64,000 bases of DNA from Balanoglossus misakiensis. Taxonomy: Eukaryota; Animalia; Hemichordata. Location of the stretch: positions 6,907,849 through 6,971,848 of the forward strand of contig CM082597.2 of NCBI GenBank assembly GCA_040954595.2. The letters run 5' to 3'. The position numbers were made by a program, and so were the translations under genes. Below are positions 12,701 to 26,200 of this stretch, one piece after another; within the stretch, counting starts at the first letter, position 1, and every line of letters begins with the position of its first letter. The notes below the pieces were generated by a model, which was given only the letters and a program-made list of their open reading frames with translations, had not been told where the DNA came from and did no database searches.

Positions 12701-13465
12701 GAGACTTAAATTCAGTTTCCAAAACCCTGGGCCCCGATCAGCATGCTGCTCATAATTGTATGTTAGGGTAACGGCACTGTGGTCAGTATTAACTGAAGGG
12801 GTGATTTTGCAGTCCTTTATGTTTCTTTCTAAATTTCTGGAAACTAGAAAATAATCCAAGCGTGACGCAGAATTGCCACGTCTCCAGGTATACCTGTACT
12901 CATAAGGATGTAATTTGCGATAAACGTCGACCACAGCTAAATTTTTCATCAAGTTGAAAATTTCTGCTCTTGCTCGACTGTGGACATCAGTGGCGCACCC
13001 TTTTCTGTCAATAGACGGGTCAATCACAACATTAAAGTCGCCACCAATAATGGTTGGTAGGAAGGGAAAATTCTGTTGTAAAAGTTGCAAGATGCGTTCA
13101 AAAAAGGCAATTTGTTCCACATCTCTGTTTGGTGCGTAAATGTTAACAAGAACTAAGCGTTGGCCATTTATATCAACTTCGGCCATTATATAACGACCTT
13201 CGCGGTCACTGAGAACTTTGTACAATTGGTAGGGTACAGATTTTTGAATAAGAATAGCTGCTCCACAGCTGTGGTGTGAGCCGTGCGAGAAGAGCACGTC
13301 GCCACCCCATTCTTGTTTCCAGGTGAACTCATCATTTGCATAACTATAGGTTTCTTGGAGAAAGGCGATATGCGCTTTCTGCCGCCTTACGTAACGATAA
13401 ATACTTTTTCTTTTCGTACGGTTTCTAATACCTCGCACATTCAAAGAGACAAATTTCAACGACAT
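9768..13465 (-). CDS. LINE ORF2 (APE endonuclease + reverse transcriptase + C-terminal zf-RVT), split by one -1 frameshift near 10825
   Basis: SLNVRG, FLQET, NIYAPN, GGDFN, RLDYFL, TDH (endonuclease); PGSDG, WRPVSLLN, DYEKAFDS, GVRQGCPLS, LFADD (RT); CDHC..ETMEHLFWEC lies in the downstream frame 9768..10793. Confidence 0.93.
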
Positions 13466-13649
13466 ACAAAAACAAACAAACACGAAAAAAAAGGACAGCA
13501 AAAATCCCTAAAACGTGGGGAAAACTGTGCCGTCAGGTGACAAAAAAAAAGAACATGGTCATCCAGAAGGTCTAAATATCCATAAACATTTTCAGAAAGT
13601 GTCTGTCAAAAGAGACATTCCAACAAGTTGTTTTTGCAATAAACAAGTA

Positions 13650-14498
13650 CTACTGATTTTTAGTATACCTTTTCCCGTCTATAAATAGACATCCGTTTTT
13701 GAACAGTACTTTTTTCTTGTCTTCGTAAGCCGCTTGCATGACTGGTTGGAGTTTCCGTTTACACTCAAGGTCGGCTTGACAGAGGTCTTGGGTGACGAAG
13801 ATCCCTGTTGTCTTCAAAGCTCTTCGGGCATTCGAAAATATTAACTGTCTTTGTGGTCGACATAATAGTTTTACAAGGATATGGCGTTGTTTTCCTGTTT
13901 TCTTCAATCCTGTACGATGAGCGTTCTCCAGTAGTGGGTTTTCAATACCGAATGATTGTTTCAGTATGGATTTGATAATCTCGACGCAGTCCTCTCCCTC
14001 TTGTTCTGTAATACCGCCAAAGCGGACACTGAGAGACCTACTGTACCGTTGCAGCTTTATATTTTCTTCTCTCAAACTTGAAAGCGTAGCCGTATTCAAT
14101 TTTAACGTTTCTTCTAGTGTTTCTATTTTCTTTTTACTGCAAGTTGCCTCTGATTTTAGGTCGTCTACCTCACCATGGAGGAATTGGCTTGATTTTTCCA
14201 GGTCTCCGCATTTTTCTTCTGCACATTTTACACGGCCAAGAAGGGAGTTTTGGTCAATGTGCATTTTATCAATTTTCTTCTCCAGTCGGGAAATTGCGTC
14301 TCGCATAAATACCTGAAAGTCAGTGGATACGCCGGTATTGTCTGTAGTTTTATCACCTTCAGTGGACTCTTCTCCGTCAGATTGACTATAGACTGGACTC
14401 GAGCGTGTTACGTAACGTGCCATGCCCTCTGCGTTCTTGTCGGTCCTGCCTCTGCCTCTTGACGAGTTTTTTGACGGCGTTTTTCTTCCTTTCGGCAT
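13650..14498 (-). CDS. LINE ORF1 (basic N-terminus, coiled coil, L1-type RNA-binding/CTD region)
   Basis: ATG at 14498 (MPKGRK..); heptad-rich coil, then RSLSVRFGGITE, ENAHRTG, RHILVKL and IFVTQDL motifs typical of L1/Tx1 ORF1. Confidence 0.88.
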   Translation of the reverse strand: MPKGRKTPSKNSSRGRGRTDKNAEGMARYVTRSSPVYSQSDGEESTEGDKTTDNTGVSTDFQVFMRDAISRLEKKIDKMHIDQNSLLGRVKCAEEKCGDLEKSSQFLHGEVDDLKSEATCSKKKIETLEETLKLNTATLSSLREENIKLQRYSRSLSVRFGGITEQEGEDCVEIIKSILKQSFGIENPLLENAHRTGLKKTGKQRHILVKLLCRPQRQLIFSNARRALKTTGIFVTQDLCQADLECKRKLQPVMQAAYEDKKKVLFKNGCLFIDGKRYTKNQ

Positions 14499-14681
14499 TG
14501 AGAATGCGAATGAGAGTTTCACAGTAGTTAGAATATCACTTATCTTTTAAGTAGCAGCCGTTTTGGTAGGTGTTGGAGGTTTCCTTTTCGACAAATTTCA
14601 TGAGCTTCTGGAGACCAAGTGAACGGCACTACAACATGGCTAACAGCAACCACGGGACTTAGTTAATTAATAGTGAATAGA

Positions 14682-17600
14682 AATGGATAGACAACTACTA
14701 TTCCAGAAATTGTTTATTTGTTTGTCGCATTCTTAAATCATGTTTTTAAACAAAGCAACCACATTTGCTAAATTGTCACCACACTAAATGAGGCAGTATT
14801 ATTTTGCACACTGAGAGACCTTTATGCACGCATTGGATTTATTCTTTATATCACAAATACGTCAAAAAGAGCGACTTTGTCACTTCAATTGCCGCATTTG
14901 TCTTGAACTGATAACCATGGCTTGTAAGTGGAACCCCACGCAGTTAAGCCTTTTATGGCTTCGCGTTAGTTTACACTGATTTTTAACTTAGTCGTAATTT
15001 CTTTGTGGATGGTCGTATTATGGGCATCACATGGCCACATATCTTAAGTACATGTCTCAAGTACAGAATATCCAACAAAGTTAATTAACAGCAACGCATT
15101 TAACCAATTTTGCATTCAAGAGTCGCGTCACCATGAGTCATTATTTTCTGTATAGCGAACCCTATAGAATTAAGTTTTAACCTCGAAGTCAAGCATGTCC
15201 AGAAATCTCAATTATCGTCTGTCTAATGTCCCTGTAAATAAATTGTAATATTGGCATTGTTCTTTTACTGATAACCATGGATTGTAAGAGGAACCCCACG
15301 CAGTTAAGCCTTTTATGGCTTCGCGTTAGTTTACACCAATTTTTAACTTGGTCGTAATTTTTTTTTTTGTGGATGGTCGTATTATGGGCATCACATGACC
15401 ACATGCCTCAGGTACACGATGGCAAATATCCAACTACGAACTCAACGATTTTCGGTCGAGTGTTAGTAAGTGGTCGCATCACGTATGTTAGATATAAAGA
15501 ATATGTCAAATAAATGCTGTTTATCTCTTTGACGTATTGTAAAACCGTACTGCAGATAAGAGTGTCTAGATAAGTGTCGTGATAAAGCCAAATAATAAAT
15601 CTTAATTTACCGTTTGGATTTTTACCAGTGCTTTTCATATACCACCACATGTGAATGCTGATATTATGGCTAGAGATTTAATGAAAAATGTTAATGAAAA
15701 AAAATGTCTGAAACGTCATGCTATGTTTTAGTGAACACTGTTTTCTCTCCGTTGTCAGGAATTTAATTACCATGTGTGCCTCACGAGTGTCTCTAGAAAC
15801 GTCTACAGCGAAGCCTGCATCACCAGGTTAGTACATCTAAACACTAACAAAACTGACGAGTCACCTATTATTACAACGACGTATTTCAACCAAAGAAAGA
15901 ACTACATAGCATTTTACTTTCCTTATCTACAACCATATCCGCACTGACAAACAGATGCTACAGTACATTACATGGGATATGAGGGCTTGTCACAAGCTAT
16001 ATGAATACTAATATGGACTAAATAATTCTCTAACTTCCAAAAAAGAAAAAAAAAGTTTGGAGACAATGTCTCCATATGCGTTTAACAATTTTTTCAACAA
16101 TGTTTAAAATGTTATGATCAATTTTCCCTCTCTATCCCCACAAGAATATTTATGTTTGAAACAATGTACATATTACGTTGAACATTTAAATAGTTTACTT
16201 TTAGTTAATGTTCATAATGCTGCTATTTACATTTCTACAGAAGTTGATCGCACGTTCTTGCTGATTGGTAGGAGGTGGCAACAGGAAAAGTTCGAAGATT
16301 GCACATCGTTTGTCAACAAACAGTTCGCAATTCAACTGCGAAACTCTGGATATCAAGTAATGTCAACTGTACTGGAAGCAAACGATGAGGAACTCAAAGA
16401 TGCCGCAGATAACAAAGTGTCTTTGATAACGCCAACACCAAAACGCCACTCGTACAAAATTAAAAAGGAAGATTACCTGACGTATCCAGACAGATACTAC
16501 AGAGTATTGAAAAAATATAAAAACGCAGTGTCATATATAGTAGGGCATGTTAATGCAACTGGTTATGACACAGTAGAGGAGGCCTGTATTATCCGAGATA
16601 GGTACTTCAAAAGAGCGACTCTTGTTGTATTTATTCATTTCATATCAGAAATTACAGGCCAGGGAAGGGAAAACATTATAGGGGAGAAAGACATACACCA
16701 GTTTGCGAAAGAGGCGGCCTTAGTCGTCGCTGTTGGTCCCTCTTTGAAGAAGTACTATTCGAATTTGTTGAAACCTAACAAAATAGTGTGCTACTTGCCT
16801 GTCCCTGATAGACGGTACCTTGATTTACAGGTAACAGCCCCACCAAATGGCGGTACCATTGAGATCCTGACAATGGAAAATCTCTCTGATAAAAAGCAGT
16901 GTGATTCTTCTGACCATACAGCTCGAGCAATCCAGGAAGTGATACGACGCCATAATAAAATGGATCGTACAGAGCCAATGTGGTTCGTATGTGATACCGG
17001 TGAAAACGATACACCTACGTGTGACACCCAAGAAAGGTGTGTCCCCAAACCCAAAATCCATTCTCTTCGCAACTATTCAGATTGTCTTCCATTTATTTTT
17101 GAACGAAGTGCTCATCTCATCGATGTCAGCGAAAAAGTGTTTTCCGTGACGGGTCTCAATGCTATTGCTGCTGGTCTACCTGTACTTTTTAAGTTCAAAT
17201 CAAGTATTGCCGATTTTGTGAAGACAGAAACCTTTCTGGAAGAACATGGAGGCATTGTGGTAATGGCAACTGTAGAAGATGATGTGAATGCTGTAAATAC
17301 GTTGGCAGACAGAATTAACGAGTTTGTCTTGGAAGATAAAGTTGCGACCAGTTTCCAACGTGCAAAAAATTTAAAAGAAGGTCTCATAAAATCCATTGAT
17401 GAGGGCAAAATTAAGAAGTCTTACGAAGATATACTCAAATGTTTAAACCGTAAAGCCCGATGTGACAATGGTTTTGTGAACCATTATCACGAGCATAAAG
17501 ATATCTAAACGTACACTTATTTACGTGAACATTACTACAACAAATATTGAAAATATGTTGTAACAGCTTGTATTTGGACAAATATGTACAATTAATAACA

Positions 17601-18972
17601 GTTTTGTCGTCAGCACACTAAACGTATGAAATGAGAATATATTTCTCCACACTTCATTTCAAGTCTAAGTCACCGGAAGTAACCTTTTCTTTAAAAAAAA
17701 GAGATTCACAGTCTGCCTGTAGTTTGATCGCTGTGCCACCCACTAGCTCAATCGAACAATAACCAAGATACTGGCAATGTCCATTTCAATTTAGGACTTT
17801 ACAAGATGACCTCTTTATCGTAGATTTGTTTGAAATTTTTACTAACATTGTCAGCCTGAGATTAATTATATTATGCCCATTTTACTCACGTGTGTTGTAA
17901 TTTTTGGGAATTCATGCTTCACATGTTGTACTGTTTTGCCTATGACAATAAAAGAAAAACGGATAATAATACTTTGAACACAGTCACAAGGTGTTTTCTT
18001 CATATAAGTGTATGATGGTTTGTGTGAACATATATATGTGATCAAATACCAAATACTCAATACAGGTAATAGTCTCTTACCGTCCGCTTTCTAGAACAAT
18101 GTGTCTACCATTGCAGCATATAAGTAAACAAAGATTGTGCGAACGTTAAGTATTTCTGTGACAGTGGCTTTCCCAAAACGCCTAGAATTTATCTATGTAG
18201 TACGTTGCTCGTTGAAATCACGTTGGAGTATGCCGATAGCAAAGTTCCGAACATAACAGCAAACTTTGAGTAATTATGTAACAGAACAAATAGAAAATAT
18301 CTAAAAATAAAGCCGGTAACCGTTTAATGGTTTGTAATACAAAGTTTAAAAGCCTGCATTTCAAAGTCCGTCAGTATTTCCCAACAAGGTTGAATTTTCC
18401 CATTGAGTTAAGCGGCAGAGTTCTCCAGCTGACCCTTTACAACCGCGACGTCATTTGTTTGCAATACCGCAGTATGTCGTCATGGGACGATTAAAAGCCA
18501 ACACGTACAACCACACTGGAGCAACAAAGGAAACATGTCCAACGTATTTTGGTGTCTACAAACTTGAACAGTGTCGTACCAGGTTAGTTGACCACTAAAG
18601 ATCGTAAGGTAATTCCAACGAGGGGTGGGGTAGGGGTGGGGGTGGGGGTGGGGTGGGTTTTGTGTGCATTTGATTTGAATGTGTGCTTGATATATGCTAT
18701 TGGGAAGTTCTTACAAAAATCAATCTATCCATAGTTTTCTTTGTTTGAAAACAACGAATTAACAAGTTGAAATTTAGAGAAAGTGTTGATCTCATTTAAT
18801 TTTAAAGGGACAAAGTCTCTCTCTCGCTGCCCCTTTTCCATTAATTATGTTTGATGCAAGACAATGTTAATGTTAACACGTGTATGAACGTTCAATCACA
18901 CACAACTTCCTTCCCGCTTGTATACAACCAAAGTTTAACATGTGTGTAGCTGCCATGCAGCATGTATGTAAC
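14682..18972 (+). repeat. Segmental duplication, copy B
   Basis: Same sequence as 1..4281 with scattered SNPs and small indels; the ORF track shows the same ORF set repeated. Confidence 0.97.
15772..17508 (+). CDS. GT-B fold / GT4-conflict-like glycosyltransferase-domain protein, copy B; join(15772..15826,16241..17449/17470 spliced onward, or ..17508)
   Basis: Same exon structure as copy A, open reading frame intact; 4 amino-acid differences in the large exon (S>C, R>H, L>H, Y>N). Confidence 0.78.
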
Positions 18973-21384
18973 CAACGTTGCCGATATCTACAAGCGTGTG
19001 TAGGTTTCAAACCTACACGCACCTTTTTGCAAAAATAGCGTCAATGACACTTGGTGCTCTCTCATTGTGTAGTGCATGATGAGCAGCATGTTTGGAGAAC
19101 AGTGGTTTGGTATATGGGTGAAAGGAACAATTTGCAAACACCAAGGTGAAATGCTGAACTGTTTTGCTCATGTAATATTGAATGAAGCTTGATAAGGTGG
19201 GTGCTTAGCAGGGGGAAACCAACTTGTCAAGGGCTCTAATAACTGTTTTAAATGGCCCGCACACACAAATGGCCTCAAACAAATATATTGTCATTTCCCT
19301 CTCAGATTTTGTATCTTATGTTATACAGATGGAATTCATTGTGTTTTGTCATATCAAATTGCACCAGTGCAAGCTATGAGAAATGTCCATGTGCTTCTGC
19401 CTATAAGACGCACATTTTCTGAAAGTTTATTGCTTCGTCTCCACTTTAATGCAAAAATTAGACGTAGGACCCTTGTACTTTTAAAGTGAGAGTGATTTTA
19501 AAATGTCTTGTTTTTTTAGCATGCTTATAAAGATCGGTTCGCCATTTGGTCAAATATGCGTCGATTTTTTCTGTTTTCACTTCTTTATTTCCGTTACATC
19601 GAGACAAAAAAATGGTGATAATTTTACAGTAATTTACCACTTCTGTGTGACTTAAACAGCAAGTTTTCGTGAGTACTGCTGAGAGTACCCGAGGGGGTGT
19701 GTCACTGTGTAAGTTGACGTCGGCAACGATCACCTGACGTCAAAGGACAGCGTAGACAATGAGAACACAAAAGGTGTGATTGGGCTTAAGCAGCAGTCCA
19801 AAGTCCTTCTCCTTTTATGTCAATGACCTAATCCATTCAAAATATGCAAATTAGGAAAAGACGCATATGCATTCTTTGCGTCCCCAGAGACACACACAAG
19901 AAATCAAGCGAGTGCGGCCACTAGCCTGAAGAGCTGAATTCAATGCATGGCCTAAGGTGGTGAGTGTCACGCGCAAAGCACCATGGGAGGTCCAACATGA
20001 GTAAGCGTTCATTTGACTTCTGGCTGGCCTTGAGTACACACGTCAGCAGTGTCTGGACGATCACTTTCTTTGAACCTTTTAAGGAGAATATTTTCGATTT
20101 TTGTGACACCGGACTTTTAGTTGTGCACAGATTGGTACCAAGTTCGTTCTCTGTGATATTTTCGGCTCGCTTGACGTTTTTAACCGTCTATTCGGATCGA
20201 TGTACTGGCCGCGGGGCTATGCGCATACGTCGACGGGGCGTAGCTGCATGATGGCCGCCGAGCGTGAAAAGCTTTACCGTAGGCCAACATACCGTTGCAG
20301 CTTTTCTATTCGTTCTATTACAACTCAGTTTTCTTCTCAAATATGTACAGTATTTTTTAAACCCCACTCCAAACCGCAAATAAACGAAAACCAGAAGACT
20401 TTTTTTATTTTACGCACAATCAGTACAAGAAACCTACATGCATGTTTGTAAATATGTGGTTAGTTACGCAAGTCAAACGGCGCGCGTCCTTAACTACCAC
20501 ATAAAAATCGTCTGTATTAAAGTGCTGGAAAGAAAATTTTACTGCCGCTGGAATGGTACCGAAGTGAGCGTAATGTCGTTGGTCTTTTTCAGGAACGTGT
20601 TGACTGTAATAGGGTTATTCTAAAATTTAGTATTACAGTAAGTTGCGATCACCATGGCCTTCACATACGGAGAGGGATGTGTTAGGCGCCTATGAGATAG
20701 TACAGTTTCTAAATACGGTGAAATCGATAAAATAAAATGGGCGCTTTGGGGCTCCCATGCAATTTCACACACATTACATATTAGTCTTTCAAAATATACA
20801 CATAATAAAGCTGTGCGCTCGCTGTTTAGTCTGCCTGCTGACTTCAAACTACGTCGTCCGAGTACGATCGTTGGCAACAGTACGCCATGATGCCAGCTGA
20901 CATACGGAGTGAAAAACGCGACTCGGAACAAAATCGATAGTACTTTCCTCACAGAACGATGCTAACATACATGAACTTATAAAAATTCGATTGGTTTTTC
21001 GTTCGAACGGAGTTTCCTTTACATAACCTACGAGAACATAAGTCGATTGCGCACAGAAAGCTACACGCGTGACACTGCTGGGTCGACCATGTTTTGCTGA
21101 CTAAGAGCCGGGTAAACCGGAAGTGACATCGTGACCTTCACCACCTTGCCTCGTGATGTTCATGGTACATGGGGGTGATGATCAATGAACAGAACAGCGG
21201 TCCACTTTCATGTGTTGCAAAACAAACGACGATGTTACATAGCAGTGCTTCACAAGTTTGACTAATTTGTATGAAAATCGTCTCGCCAAACACAACTTTT
21301 TTTCTCGCATTTGCGATTTGGCGAGCGGGTAGCGAAAACACTGCTGGCTAATCCGTTCCGATTTCTGTCACTGTTCCAATTCTT

Positions 21385-21985
21385 CCAATGTTTTCAGATA
21401 CAGTAAAAGATAATTGGCGTCAAGACTGGTGGGGGGAAATTTCTAGCACAAGCCGTTTACAAATGTTTTGTCAATTAAAGAATAGCTCATACCTTGAAAA
21501 TTATTTATTTAATGTTAAAATTAACAAACATAGAAAGGCCCTTTCACAGATACGATGTTCCGGCCACAAGCTTTCTATTGAAACTGGCCGCAGCAAAGGT
21601 CTGGACAGGTCTGAAAGGTTATGTGAAATTTGTAATACATGTATCGGTGAAGACGAATATAATTTTCTTTTTGAATGTACGCTTTATCAAAATCTTAGGG
21701 AGAAATATTTACCAAAGTGTTTTACAAGATATCATTATCAAGCAAATATGGTCAAACTTTTCACTTCAGGTGATACCAATATTATAAAACACCTGGCAAA
21801 ATATGTATATCAAGCATTCGAACTGCGGAAAAAAGCACTAAATTTGTAATAGCATGTAATACTCTGTCTAATGTATAGTTTTGTGGTGCAATCAAATCAA
21901 GTTCTTTACCTCTGTATCATTTTGATGTACTAAATGCAATGGGCCGGTGGCCTTTATGCAAATAAATATTATTATTATTATTATT
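21385..21985 (+). mobile_element. 5'-truncated LINE 3' fragment (CR1/L2-group-like) with (TTA)n tail
   Basis: ORF 21388..21849: RCSGHKLSIETGR..RLCEIC..EDEYNFLFECTLY; AATAAA followed by (TTA)n at ~21961..21985. Confidence 0.8.
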
Positions 21986-22591
21986 CTATTCACAACAGTG
22001 ACCAAATGAAACTAAACTATTGACTTGATTCGAGGAAATTAAATGAGTGTTGTTTGTGGAGCGGAAAATTTCACAATTAACCTCGTCATATCGTGCAGGT
22101 TGGCAGGATGACAACCTCTCCAAAATACAGAGGTCCAGTTTCTTCTCATCACACGTGTATAATATGAGAGTAAAAACTCGCGAAAAATGAATAAATGGTA
22201 GAGACTGATTATTCATTTTGGCGAGTGTTTTCATTCTCGTGTCTATAAGCAGGATGGACGATGTGTGTTGTTGAACATTGATTCACTATATATCCACATG
22301 TAGAATAACATAAACAGTGTCTTGTATCAAACATAATTAATGGAAAAAGGGCAGTGAGAGAGAGACTTTGTCCCTTTAATCATGCTACTTCGTTGTTATC
22401 GCCTACGTTTTCAGTAAAGACCTCAATTTTATTCCAGACTGCGAACTATGGATAACGAGTATGCCTACAGCAAACAGAAAAGTAGTAAGTAACCATGTTT
22501 GATATTGACCATAGGTTAAATGATCAAAATATTCATATCCAGGGTATACCAAGCGGCGATTCAGCATATTCAGTGATCAGAATCTGAAATA

Positions 22592-23061
22592 AGTTATACG
22601 AAGAAAGAGTAGTCTAGAGTAGAACAACCTAAGGCTACTTTGTTTAATGGTACATGTATATTGTTATGTTTAGCCAGTTCGCTCAGGATTTTCTATACAC
22701 AGGGTAAATCAGACAACCTGGGACAGCACTGGCTTGTGAAATAAACAACGATTTAATGCTCACCACTCAAAACTCTCTACAAACGATTCGGAGGGAGGCA
22801 GCGGATAACGGTGTGTTGTCCGATGACTCTAAAACGGCTGATTGGTTATGTCTTTAGACCTGTTTTTCTCTGGTTCTATTGTTCGATTGCGTACGAGGCA
22901 GCCATGTTTGTCCGGTCACAGCCAGCTTACCCATAATTCCAGAGTTTATACATGCAAGTAACTGGGTGCCCCAGCGCCATCTATGGCAAAGCCTGACTAA
23001 TCTTTCTTTTATATGGTGTTGATAAGCAATAGGTGCAATGGTCTGCACGGTCCACATCACA
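22592..23061 (-). repeat. Gypsy 3' LTR
   Basis: Direct repeat of 28370..28831. Confidence 0.92.
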
Positions 23062-23205
23062 CTGCCCCTCGTTAAAAAGAGTTATCTGTCCCCGGATAAC
23101 ATTACAACAAGCAACTACAAACAGTAGAACAAGTAATACACAACAAAACTCTGGTAGGTCCAAAAATTGTCAACAAGGCAAATACCGCCTGATCAGGCAT
23201 GTCCT

Positions 23206-26200
23206 TTACAGCTCCTCAACGAGACGTCTTGGAGGTTTCCGTGGTCTTCTACTTCGACGCATGCCTTCGGCGTACACAGCACTCCCGTCTTCTTCCAAAG
23301 CATGGGCAAGTTTTGAGTCCTCTTCAACGGACAAATCAATGCCAGAATCCTCCAAGGCGTTGTTAGCATCTGGTTGCAGATGTGCAGTCGTGGGCCCATC
23401 CAGTGCGGACTCTGAAATGCTGCCACTAATATCAGCTTCATCAGCAGGCAATTCCTCCATGCAGACATCAGGTCCTCTGCTCTCATTAGGCTGTAGCCAG
23501 TCAGCTCTCCAGACACCTGTGTACTTCAACAGTCGGTCCCTATGGACGATCTTGGGTTTGGCACGAGGCCCTCTCTGGATTCTATACACAAGATTGTTTA
23601 TGCAGTCAACAACACCATATGGGCCCTCCCATGGTTTTGAGAGCTTCGGCTAAAGGCCTTTCTTACGCTGTGGGTTATATAACCAGACACCGTCGCCTCG
23701 TTGAAGCTTTGGTTGCCCTGCCCTGGTATCATATCGCCGCTTCACTCTGTCACTGCTCCTCTTGATGTTGTCTCTGGCAAATGAGTGAACATTGTGCATT
23801 CGGTCTTGCAATACTCCGACATACACACCATGAGACTCAGTTTCCTCCTCTGGGCGACCATATACCAGATCTACTGGAAGTTTCATCTCCCTCCCCAGCA
23901 TAATCATGGACGGGGTGAAACCGGTAGTCTCATGAACTGCAGTTCTGTAGCTCATCAGGACGAGAGGCAGATGTTCATCCCAAATTTCCTGATGGTCCTC
24001 AACAAATATCGCTAACTGATTCTCAATGGTCCTGTTGTAACGTTCCACCCTTCCGTGTGACAGGGGGTGCAGTGGGGTCGTCCTCGTCTTTTGTATACCA
24101 AGAAGCCTGCACATTTGCTGGAACACAGCTGCCTCGAAGTTTCGGCCTTGGTCAGAGTGTAATTCCAGAGGAACACCAAAACGACTCACAAACTCATCAA
24201 CTACCGTCTTTGCTACTGTTACTGCATCCTGATTTGGTATAGCAAAGGCTTCCGGCCACTTGCTGAAGTAGTCCGTGGCGATGAGAATGAACCGATTCCC
24301 TCTTGGTGTCTCAGGAAGGGGACCAAGGACATCGATGGCCAACCTTTCCATGGGCACACCCACGTTGTATATGCCGAGTGGTGCGTACTTCTTATGATAT
24401 GGCTCTTTCCGTCTGGCGCACTGCTCACACTTCTTGCACCAGAGTTCCACAGACTGTCGACACCCTACCCAGTAAAATCTATTTCTCACGTGAGACAACA
24501 TCTTCTTGACAGACCAATGCCCTCCTGTACGGGTATCGTGCAACTGCTCAAGAACTTCTTGCTGTCTGGCTTTGGGCAGTATCAGTTGTCTCTGGATAAT
24601 ACCACCCTCTGGCTTCTCCCATCGGCGATAGAGTACACCATGGGATAGTTCAAGAGAATCCCATTGCGACCAGTATGCTTTGGTGGTGGGGCCATATGGA
24701 GACACTTCACTCCATTTGGGACGATCTCTTGAGTTATCCTTCCACAACAGGATCGGCCTGATATCAGGATCCTCTAACTGGGCCTCACAAAGGTCTGATT
24801 TCTTCTCCTTGTCAGCATCTACCTTCCTGGCCACAGGGCTCCCACCCCCACCTCACTGTTTCTCAGGCAGCTGTCTCAGCGACCCCTCATTCTGTTGTTC
24901 ACGTTCTTCTTGCCTATCACAATATTTGCATGAGTTTCCACATGGTCTGCGAGACAGGCCGTCAGCATTGAGATGGCTCCGTCCTGCCCTATGCTGGATA
25001 AGGAAGTAATACTCCTGGAGTTTCTGGAGCCATCTAGCTGTCTGTTCCTCTAGGCTGCGAAACTTCATAAGCCATTGTAGCGCTGAGTGGTCTGTTCTCA
25101 CAGTAAACCTCCTGCCATAGAGATAGTGGTGGAAATGGTCGACCGCCTTAACCACAGCCAGTAGTTCTTTGCAAGTAACACAGTATCGCTCTCAGGCCCA
25201 TGCAGCACACTGCTGTAGACAGCACACGTTCTTCTCCATCCTGCTGTTGTTGGGAGAGGACTGCCCCTATTGCACCCTCACTGGCATCTGTGTCGACAAT
25301 CAGGGGTCCATCCGGCTGAGGAAAACCAAGAACTGGAGCGGACGTCAACTTCTGCTTCAAGACATTAAATGCGGTCTCGCAATCCACAGTCCAAGAAAAC
25401 CTGTGACCCTTCTGTGTGAGTCGATGCAGTGGTCTAGCTATTTCAGCAAACCTGCGGTCATATGAACAAAACCCAAGGAATGCTCGGACTTCCTTAACAT
25501 TGGATGGAGTTGGCCATGTGGACACTGCCTCCGTCTTCTCCACATCAGTCGTCACACCAGCTTCGCTTACAACATGTCCTAGGAATGTCACTTGACGTCT
25601 GAACAGCTCACACTTCTTGGGACTGAGCTTCAGCCTAGCTTTCCGCAAACGGTTCATGACCTGTTTCAAGTGACTCATCTCCCCATCGAAGCTCTTCCCG
25701 TGCACGATGATGTCATCAAGATAGACCAAAACCACAGTCCATAGCAGACCTCTCAGCACCTGCTCCATCAACCTCTCAAACGTGGCAGGCGCGTTACATA
25801 ATCCGGAAGGCATCACAACGAACTGCCACAAACCACTTCCTGCGGTAAAACTGGTCTTCTCCCGATCTTCCTCAGCCACTGACCTGCCAGTACCCGCTCT
25901 TAAGATCCAGGGTGGAAAACCAGGAGGAGCCCGCTAGAGAATCAAGAGTTGCGTCAATTCTGGGCAGTGGGTATGAGTCCTTCCGGGTAACCTCGTTTAA
26001 CCTCCTATAGTCCACACAGAAACGCGTTGATCCGTCTGTCTTTCTAACCAACACGATAGGCGATGCCCACAGGCTCTTTGACAGCTCTACAACTCCCTCT
26101 GCATACATCTTGTCAATCTCTGACAAGGCTTCAGCTTGTTTCACGGGTGGCAGTCTCCTTGGCCACTGTCTGATAGGTGCTGCGTTTCCTGTGTGTATTG

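Larger units (their letters stand above)
9619..14653 (-). mobile_element. Full-length L1/Tx1-clade LINE
   Basis: 11-bp TSD GGGACTTAGTT at 9608..9618 and 14654..14664; poly(A) tail seen as the T-run ~9619..9657 with an AATAAA; ORF1 and an EN-RT ORF2; TT/AA-type endonuclease site. Confidence 0.95.

Noticed and set aside
18973-21380. Possible large DNA transposon or gene in the CpG-rich stretch
   Set aside because: No TIRs, TSD or credible ORF could be identified; left unannotated apart from the motif finding.
23033-23653. 206-aa + strand ORF and other antisense ORFs over Gypsy and LINE coding regions
   Set aside because: Shadow frames of transposon coding sequence with no recognisable motifs; 23206..23589 is the frameshifted integrase tail, not env.
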